A DNA stretch of 55,467 nt, counting the filler, from Dimargaris cristalligena (Eukaryota), in NCBI GenBank assembly GCA_003614675.1. It is 2 parts of 2 records of this genome, joined end to end, with 100 filler letters (N's around TTAATTAATTAA, not from the genome) between each part and the next. Parts side by side here need not be neighbours in the genome. Positions count along the whole stretch, not along the records: positions 27,802 to 55,467 come from ML002513.1; 1 more part is not named here. The stretch is one strand, 5' to 3'. This document shows, one piece after another, positions 47,528-55,467 of the stretch. The notes beneath the pieces are model-generated. The model ran no database searches. It was not told where the DNA came from and saw only the letters and a list, made by a program, of their open reading frames with translations. Within the stretch, counting starts at the first letter, position 1, and each line of letters opens with the position of its first letter. The position numbers and the translations under genes are program-made.

Positions 47528-48259
47528 ATGCCGTCCAAAAAGTCGCCCCCCAACACCCCAAGCGGTAGCGCCCGCACCAATTCCCAGTCGCTGCCCGTAC
47601 CCACCATGGCCCTAATCTTCGGGCTAGGCCCGATGCTTGCCATCAGTCTGGGTATCAACGCCCTTATCCAGAATTTCAACCTAATGGCCCCCCTCATCGG
47701 CCTGTTCGGACTCATTGCCGAACCCGAACGTATTTCCCTGGCCGCTCTGGTATTCACCGCCTTTTGGAGCTACAAGATCACATCCGTGCTCGCCAGCGTC
47801 ACCATTGGGTTGAACAGCGATAATAATGCCGTCGAAATGGCCCAGCCCCGCGTCCAGCGCGCTTCCCTGACCGGTATCGCCGGCCGGGCCTACGCCGCCC
47901 ATTTGAATAATTTGGAAACCATCCCCATTTACGCCGCCGCCGTGCTCGCCGCTTACATTACCGACGTGCCCCTGCAACTGCGCAACACTATGGCCGTGAC
48001 TTACTTGGTCGCCCGGGTCATCCATACCGTCGTGTACCTGGCTAACATGACCCAGGCCCGCACCCTGTCCTACCTCGTCTCAACGTCCGCCTGCCTCATC
48101 CTGCTGTCGTTCGCCGCCTTCCGCAACTTCGGCTCGTTCTACGATTCGGTCCTTAGTATCTTGGGCGGGGCCCGTTACCCTACGGCCCAAAACCACATCA
48201 CTGATGCCGCTCACAAAGCAGCGGCCAGCATTATCGCGGCCGTCAAAAACGAGCTCTAA
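47528..48259 (+). CDS. MAPEG-family membrane protein, 243 aa
   Basis: QPR...GIAGRAYAAHLNNLETIPIYAAAVLAA and YLVARVIHTVVYL...RTLSY match the MAPEG pattern. Several TM segments; ends in KNEL. Confidence 0.85.
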   Translation: MPSKKSPPNTPSGSARTNSQSLPVPTMALIFGLGPMLAISLGINALIQNFNLMAPLIGLFGLIAEPERISLAALVFTAFWSYKITSVLASVTIGLNSDNNAVEMAQPRVQRASLTGIAGRAYAAHLNNLETIPIYAAAVLAAYITDVPLQLRNTMAVTYLVARVIHTVVYLANMTQARTLSYLVSTSACLILLSFAAFRNFGSFYDSVLSILGGARYPTAQNHITDAAHKAAASIIAAVKNEL

Positions 48260-48924
48260 GGCTGTGCGAGATTGTAGTGTGTCTCTCCTTCCTTACTGTC
48301 CATTTTTTTTACACCCGTAGTTCACAAGTGTGTCGTTATAATTAATCATATCGGTGTTCATTCTATAGCCCCATAGTTGTTTATACTCACTGGATTTTCA
48401 ATATTGAAAAAACATAAATATTACTCGAAATCATTATACCACGGATACCTTGGCGTTTAAGATACCGTAACTTATTGTCGGTGAATGGTTCGTTGAATAC
48501 ATCAATCGACAACGGAACGAAACCCGTCGCTGAAAACTATAATTGACAAGAGGAATTGAATAATATAATTATAGAATCATACGACCCTGTTATGCTGTCC
48601 AATGTGGAGGGCTGGCATCAATTTAACATTTGGCGGTGGCTCTGTATGGTCTTTTTGGGGATAAAAATATTCTGGAGTTCTGGAAGTATTTGGCGAACAC
48701 AGGCTATGGCTACGGGGTGTACTTTACTAGTGGGGTTATAAATAGTCTGGAATCAAGGAAGCTATGGAGTCTTAGCCATGTCCAGGTCGAATAAAGTAAA
48801 TAGTGGACTTTTTATCGAAAGCCAGACAGGCCGAAAAAGGGATGCGTAACCTAAATGGGGAGGGGGGTAGAGTACTGTTATAGAAATGGTCGAACGAGCC
48901 CTCGCCACTCGCTGAATAGGACTA

Positions 48925-50580
48925 CTAATCCTTAAGAAGCGAATGTCTAATCCGCAGTACACCGTCGCGCTCGCGGCCGATGGCGGATGTAGTATCCAGA
49001 CCTCGGTCGTCCTTCTTATCCTTCTTCTTAAGATTGAATTGCCGCTCGAGATTCCGCTTAACGGTGTTGGAGTAGTAGCCTTCATCGCGAGCCTGAGGCG
49101 GGTGAGAGGGTACAGGGAAAGTGAACAAAATTTGGAAAAGAATACACGGAATCCGGTTTAGAAACGACCAGTAGTAATGCACCTTGTCAGTAGATAATAC
49201 GTCTGACTCACATGCCTGGTAAAGAACTAGCACTTGTAGTCTTAATCCGGAGTTCACCATAACCCATAGTAGGTGTATTCCCTTCGTCGCCAACTTAAAG
49301 AATGGGCAATACCATGAGGAAGCCAATATAATAGGAACTATGTATTACCTTAGTGACGGCCTCCTGCATCTTGGTCTCGTTTTTGGCATTAAGTTCTTTC
49401 CGCAACTTCTGACTTGGAATACCCCCGACCTTGAACTAATAGGATCAGACAACCATAGATAAATAAAAGTTGGCAATATTAGATCACCCATTAAACCAAC
49501 CTCAGTTTGGAGAAATAGTTATTTTAACAGGTAGAGGCGGGTGACCGCTGCTGTTAAAATTACCGAGAATATAAAGCTTGGTACTCAATTACGATGTGTA
49601 TGTGCATTATTGCCGAATTAACTTACCTTAGCACCCAGGGCAATTGCCTTTGTCCGAATAGCGGCCAACCTATCAGTACCTGTAGCCGATTCGCGTACTA
49701 TCAATATACACCGATAACCGAGAAAATGGGACGGATTAGTACATAATTGTTACAAATAGCGTAGAGGTTGGTGACCGTACAAGGTGGAAGTGTCATTTAG
49801 AGGAATATCATTGCTGTCGGGAAGCCTTCATAGTGGTGCGATTTAAGAGCGATAGGTAGGCCAAAATCGATTTACTTACCGCATAACTCCATAGGGTTAT
49901 TGGATTTGAGAATCTTATGAATAACGGGACTTTCGATTGCCGACCACCTAATTATACGTTGGTATACAAATGTATTTAGCAAGTCGCATATATACGAGCG
50001 GGCTAGTTAGCCGTCGGTGAGAAGAGGGGGGGGGTTACATGTAAATTCGGTGCTCCTTGAACTGTGTAAGTGCTACCTAGGCGACGTGTCCCGTGAATTG
50101 TTTAGAGGGGCCTGTTCGCATTTAAAAGCATGACTACTTACCAACCGGTCTTCTTGGATTTCGAGGAAGAGTTCTTGGGCTTGGAGGGTTTTTTAACACC
50201 TGACTTCGGCTTCAATGACTGTTGGAGATGGTGATGTAAAGTGCCAAGATACGCGAATATTCGTGGAAGTTAGTGGGCCAATTCGAGAGGATATAGTTGC
50301 ATGGCCGGGAGGAGGATAGTGTGCCCTTGGTAAAAAATAGGTGAGTTCAGTCCAGCAGTGGGTTGCGCCGGTGGGGGAACTATCGACCCACCCCATTATT
50401 GAAACTAAACAGCATTGGAATTGGTTGGCATGTAGTGGGTTTTCACGAATGTAAATAACTTACGCCAGTGGTGGATTCAGAGCTGGTTTTTGGTTTAATG
50501 ACCTTCGACCGGGGAACCCCCTTCGCCCGGATATATTTAATGACTTCGGCTGGCTTGCTTTCGCTCTTGCGGAATTCCAT
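48925..50580 (-). CDS. Faf1/C1orf131 (DUF4602)-like small-subunit processome factor, 6 exons, ~195 aa (not assembled in ORF track)
   Basis: Exons 50580-50464, 50218-50142, 49947-49880, 49697-49627, 49435-49349 and 49092-48925, all GT-AG and in phase (588 nt). Basic protein with DRLAAIRTKAIALGAK and DRGLDTTSAIGRERDGVLRI, resembling the family motifs AIxLGAK and (V/I)GxxxxGxLxl as I recall them. Confidence 0.78.
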
Positions 50581-52226
50581 GGTTGCTGTGAGTTGGGTTA
50601 AATGCTCGCTAATTATGTGTGATAAATGTGAATAGAGAATAAGCAACTATGGCAAGTCGTTGGAAATTGGTATACAATGGAGGCAAGGGAATCGTTGAAT
50701 TAAAATCTAGGCCGTACAAATAAGTCAATCAACTAGTCTTTTTTTTCTCGGTGCCTGTTTAGCTCAATTCACCATGTTAGTGGGTGGAAAGAGCTGTCGG
50801 TGGGATATACTGATTGGTGAAATCCAAGGCTCCCACCCAACCAAAATAATGGACCATAATTACGGAAGACCGATGTTTTAACTAGCGGAATTTTTCTAGT
50901 TTAGTTAACCCCATGGCCCAGCGTACTCTTCTATCCAGTGGCGTTATGGGACTTGGGTACCAATGGTTGCAGACAGGAAGAATAAACAGAGGTATTGACC
51001 AGTCTACGCTTGGACTTTTGGGCCGCTAGGGCACTAAGGTAATCCTTGAGTTGGGTGGAGACGATTGGTGCCCATGTGGGCCAGACCATCCCAATTGTAT
51101 CCATAACCAGTATCTCTAGGATCGTTGAATTGGGGAAGGTTATGCGGGACCCCAAGTAGACATGATTACATGGGACATTGGCTATGGGAGGAGATGTACC
51201 CCGCTGTATTAGACATACGTCAACATAGACGTGGCATCTAGAAGACATTCTGTGTCTAACCGCACTTTCAAGTAGACGAATACAGCAAAGTTGTAGGTAT
51301 CAATACAGGTCTACCTCAACATGCCGGTAGCGCAAACGGTGCTTTTGTTCTTGATGGACGATTGAGTAGCTTCAAGCAGAAAACCGCCGACTGTAAATTC
51401 ATTACTATACCTAGGATGTATTTGCCATTATTCACTCAATCCACATGCACAGGTAATCCCTATAGCGGCAACATAACTGCGGCCGGCCAATCCCCGCAAG
51501 GTGACTGGCTGGTCCGGTGGAAATATTGGTAAAGGGTTGGAATTGGTTGGATAAATCATTTACCCGTGGTCGGAAATGGCCGACTTGGACTGCATGCCTA
51601 CCAAGTTAGTCGGGCGGAAATGCAATTGCCGGTTTGAGCTTGTTTGGACTGATACGGATGGCCTTTTGGCAAGTACGGCTTACGAGAACACTTGGAACCG
51701 AACCACGGCCGTTAACAGACTGGAGTTCGGAAACCGAAGGCCGCAATAGCTCTATACGCTAGGGCCCAGCAAAAATGCCTCAGATTCCACTAAACCGGTG
51801 CGTCATAAAGATCCCCGCTGGGAGTATATCTTAGCCGAGGCCGAATACGTAGCTGTATCCGGAGAGGCTTTATCTGCCACTGGACAAGTCCACCTTTTCA
51901 TTTAAGCGGACTTGATTTATCAGGGGGGACTTAGCCATAACGTGAGTAACGTTTTCCAGGAGAATAGTGCAGTGAATTGTCTAATTTAGGACTCCGTATA
52001 ACAATAGCATTTCCTCCGTATATCTGGACTGCAATTAGGGTGCCACCGTCCAGTAAGTAATGCAAATTCTAATCATAGCCTCACATTGGGGCTTTGTCTG
52101 ACCCGGGCAAAGCGGTACCTGACTTAAACCGGTGCAGCTAAAATTAGACACGCTACTTTGGCCGTCATTTTCATTCAGCCGCAATGGGGTTGGCGTCCAG
52201 GCCAAGCGCTGACTCTCCGCCCCCCC

Positions 52227-52248
52227 CTCTCTCTCTCTCTCTCTCTCT
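52227..52248 (+). repeat. (CT)11 microsatellite
   Basis: Read directly from the sequence. Confidence 0.9.
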
Positions 52249-53718
52249 TCCAATTCAGTTGGGGAGGAGGGGGTGGGAGTAGAATTGTGGAGAAATGGAG
52301 GCACTGAGCAAAGACTGGACTGGGCGCTCTATTAAACAGTGGTACATGCATCTGTGACGGTCCTCTATCGAATCGACCGGGGGTTAATAGATGGCCTTCC
52401 ACACCACTGCCTTTCTCCAGCCATTGGTTATTGCCTATGCACTGGGCAAGGAATAGAGTGTAAGTCCAACCAGGATAAGTCAGGCTGGATTGGGAGAGAG
52501 GGAAGAGGGGAGGTTAATGCGGAAGGCCCAGGGGGAATACTACTCCGCATGCATACCCGGACTATATGGAGGCCAAGCGGGCTCAGTGGGGTTCTATAAA
52601 AATATCCACCACTTGGTGAAGGGGGATGTACCAATGTTCCCCTCCCCCGCCGCCTGTGGGGCGATTTACGACCTGACCGCCACTCGTTTCTGCATGGCGG
52701 AAAGGATGGTAGTACGTCGGACTAGGGTAGAGTTCTCTCTATAAAAAAATACATATATAAATAATCAAAAAAGAAGGATAGGAATATAGGGGGGAGCATC
52801 TGGAACAATGATTCATACTGGGCGAGACAGGCGGGTTTGAGTTGGCTCCTGCCAGTCTTAGTGCACTGCCAAAATGGATCTTGTCCCTGTGCGGGTGTTT
52901 GACTGACAGTGGGGATAGGGGAGGATTCTCCTTGTCATCAAATCATTGAAGCAGCGGAAGAACAACGAAAGTTGCGGAGTGCATTCCGAGACAGTAACCA
53001 GGCACCCTGAGGAACTGGCGGCCGGGTGGGGACCTAAAGCCCAAGAAGGATTATTATGACCGGTTTGGTACGGAGAGAGAGACCTCCTCTCCTGAAGTCT
53101 CGATTGCCCACACTAGCAATTGGCGTGATGGATAATTGGATCGCGTCAATATAAATGAACGCACTCCCGGCGGTCACGGAATTGGCTTCTACAAGGCAGG
53201 ACGCATCTTTACATCCTTTTAGTTTTGATCCGTCAATATATTCCCGTATTTCCTATGGTCTAGAGGCTCGACATCTCTCTATCTCTCTCTCTCCCTCCCT
53301 CCCTTCCCCGAATTCCCTCTTTTAGATCATTCTCCGCTCTTCGTGTTATGCTTGCTCAATCAAACATTCTACACTCTCTTACGTCTAACTCTTTCCCCTC
53401 GGTCGACCCCGTTTTTGATCCCCAACAGTGACGCAACATTCCCTATATTCTATTCCTGAATATATCTTATTGTCACCTTGGTCGCCGCATGATTTTATAG
53501 TTGTATTTTTCTCAAGCCGTTCTGCACTTCCTCCAATCCAGCTACGTAAATAACCCCCTTTTTATTTTTAAAGTCAATTATTTCGAAGTCCATTTTCGAT
53601 TCAGCGTCTCTGCCCAACAAACCGTCCGTACCGCCTCCTCTCCAAAAAAAAACCACATCAACCCAGCCCCCAAATTTCAAACTCCGCCCACCCTTTCGCG
53701 TCCCAACTGTAATTTACG

Positions 53719-55152
53719 ATGAAGGCCCTTTTGATCGCCCTTGCTGTCGGTGTGTCTGCCCTTATTACCGTGCCCCATGTTTCGGCCCAAGGTTGTGGCC
53801 GTCTGCGCGAGCGCAAAGAATGGCGCCAGCTGAGTGGTCGTGAGCGCACCGCTTACATCAGTGCCGTACGGAGCATTCACTCCGGCCCTAAGCCTACCAT
53901 TTATGATTCCATTGTCAAAATTCACCTGGATCAGGCCCCGACCACCCACACCTGGCCTCTGTTCTTCCCTTTCCATCGCGAGTACATTCGCAATTTCGAG
54001 CGTGAATTACAAAAAGTCGATCCTTCGGTGATTCTGGCTTACTGGGACTGGAGTATCGATTCCCAAACTCCGTCCAACAGCCCCGTCTGGAACGACTACG
54101 GTCACAGTGGCGGTGAGGGCCAGTGCGTCCTGGATGGTTCCTTCAGTGGCTGGCAGGCGCAGTATAATCTGAACGGTACCGACCTGCATTGTCTCCGCCG
54201 GGCGTGGAACCAAGGCACCTCGATGGGGTCGGTCTTCCCTCCGGAATACCTGGAGCAAAATGCCCGGGACAACGACGACTACGTCACGTTCTGGAACACT
54301 TTGGAGCGGGGCCCCCACGGTATCGTCCACGCGTTCATTGGCGGTGACATGTTCGATATGGCCAGCCCCAACGATCCCATTTTCTGGCTCCACCACACCT
54401 TCCTCGACAAGCTGTGGGCCGAGTGGCAGCAAAAGAATGCCAACACCCGTCTGGCCTACGGGGGTAATAACGCTGATGGCTCGGCGGTCAGTCTCGATGA
54501 TGCCATTCCCGGATTCAATGTTAGCGTTCGCGACGTCATGGACACGCGCAACTCCGGCTATTGCTACATCTACTCGGACAGCTCCAATGTCCAGGGAACC
54601 GGAATTGCCGGCAGCTCGCCCGCCCGCGCGGACGACACTACTACGACCACGACCACGACCACGACCACGGACACTTCCACTGCCGTCCCTGTCACCAGTG
54701 ACGACGCGAGTGGGGCTGACACCAGTGACGTGGCCAGCCGCCGCCGTCGCCGTATTCACCTCCCCCGCGGCTACGTAGTGGAACTGCCCGAAGCCGCCCA
54801 GCAGCAGCCCGATGCCGTCCAACAACCCGATGCCACCAACCATTATGTGCTCAACATCGGTGGCCAGAACTACCGGGAAACCTGGGGAGTCATTAACCTG
54901 AATCGAACCAAGCGTACGGAAATGCCGGACAACCTGCACCACCGCCAGCTGACTGTACCGACGCCCATCCCGCTCAGCTTCATCCAGTGCATGAAGTACG
55001 ATGAAAAGGCCGTGCGTAAACAGGAAGCCGATCTGGCCGTCATGATCAACAGCTGTAACGCATTGTTCAATTCGGTGACGGACAACTACAACTGTACCAC
55101 CAAACCCCAGAAGTCGTACGTGCCCATCCGGCCCATCAAATCGTCTTACTAA
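53719..55152 (+). CDS. Secreted tyrosinase-like (type-3 dicopper) protein, 477 aa
   Basis: Signal peptide and RKEWRQLS. CuA site HLDQAPTTHTWPLFFPFHR, then YWDWS, CuB site HGIVH...SPNDPIFWLHH and CYIY. Followed by a Thr-rich linker, RRRRR and a C-terminal domain. Confidence 0.93.
   Translation: MKALLIALAVGVSALITVPHVSAQGCGRLRERKEWRQLSGRERTAYISAVRSIHSGPKPTIYDSIVKIHLDQAPTTHTWPLFFPFHREYIRNFERELQKVDPSVILAYWDWSIDSQTPSNSPVWNDYGHSGGEGQCVLDGSFSGWQAQYNLNGTDLHCLRRAWNQGTSMGSVFPPEYLEQNARDNDDYVTFWNTLERGPHGIVHAFIGGDMFDMASPNDPIFWLHHTFLDKLWAEWQQKNANTRLAYGGNNADGSAVSLDDAIPGFNVSVRDVMDTRNSGYCYIYSDSSNVQGTGIAGSSPARADDTTTTTTTTTTTDTSTAVPVTSDDASGADTSDVASRRRRRIHLPRGYVVELPEAAQQQPDAVQQPDATNHYVLNIGGQNYRETWGVINLNRTKRTEMPDNLHHRQLTVPTPIPLSFIQCMKYDEKAVRKQEADLAVMINSCNALFNSVTDNYNCTTKPQKSYVPIRPIKSSY
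54637..54669 (+). repeat. Poly-Thr tract built from (ACGACC)n in the tyrosinase linker
   Basis: ACTACT(ACGACC)4ACG encodes 11 Thr. Confidence 0.9.
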
Positions 55153-55467
55153 TTTGGGACTGACTAATTACATTTTTGTTTTTTGGGTTATTTTTTATTT
55201 GACAACGCTGCCGTCCAATATCAGCCGCCAGATTGGAAGTGCCTTTTCTATTTGTGCAAACTACTCCTATTACAATTATCTACTCATAAATTATTTTATT
55301 GACTATTACTACTCCCCCTCTGCCTGCCCACGTCGAGTTTCATGAAACTTGGACCATTTTAAAACTGGGTGCCCCTTGGCTTAACTCGTGACCATTGTCA
55401 TTGCATTTAATTCCATTTTATCGATTACTTTTACTTTGAGCAATAAATTTACTCTTGTCTTTTTATT

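Noticed and set aside
49620-49632. ACTTACCTT resembling the U1 snRNA 5' end
   Set aside because: It is the reverse complement of a splice donor of the Faf1-like gene.
51550-51945. Protein-like + strand frame interrupted by stops (possible pseudogene)
   Set aside because: No recognisable homology, and the stop spacing is not far enough from chance.
54007-54942. 311-aa ORF antisense to the tyrosinase
   Set aside because: Same codon-bias shadow effect; it mirrors the sense-strand repeats.

Overview
Eukaryotic, fungal-type genomic DNA with GT-AG introns, CTAAC-type branch points, GC-rich coding sequence and AT-richer spacers. Gene style suggests an early-diverging fungus (Zoopagomycota-like), but that is inference. 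A 100-nt artificial spacer (44 N + TTAATTAATTAA + 44 N, 27702-27801) splits the window, so the two halves may not be adjacent in the genome. Left half: a CpG-free block at the edge, two orphan genes, UFD1, ADE12, VMA21, PTH1, EMC5, HEM2, a 3-exon LAMTOR2-like gene absent from the ORF track, an F-box/LRR-like gene and a small secreted precursor with a Kex2-type site. Right half: a POF1-type NMN adenylyltransferase, a HAL/NPR1/HRK1-family kinase, a gene-poor stretch, a MAPEG protein, a 6-exon Faf1/C1orf131 (DUF4602)-like gene that must be assembled by hand, and a secreted tyrosinase-like protein. Best candidates for new biology: (1) a ~4.3-kb AUG-depleted, apparently spliced 5'-leader system with alternative first exons upstream of the kinase; (2) a ~140-nt hairpin with an alternative pairing in the ADE12 intron; (3) 839 bp with no CpG, suggesting methylation-driven or RIP-like decay of a repeat. 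No rRNA, tRNA, CRISPR array or intact transposon was recognised. All splice models and RNA structures were read by eye and need RNA-seq or folding checks.
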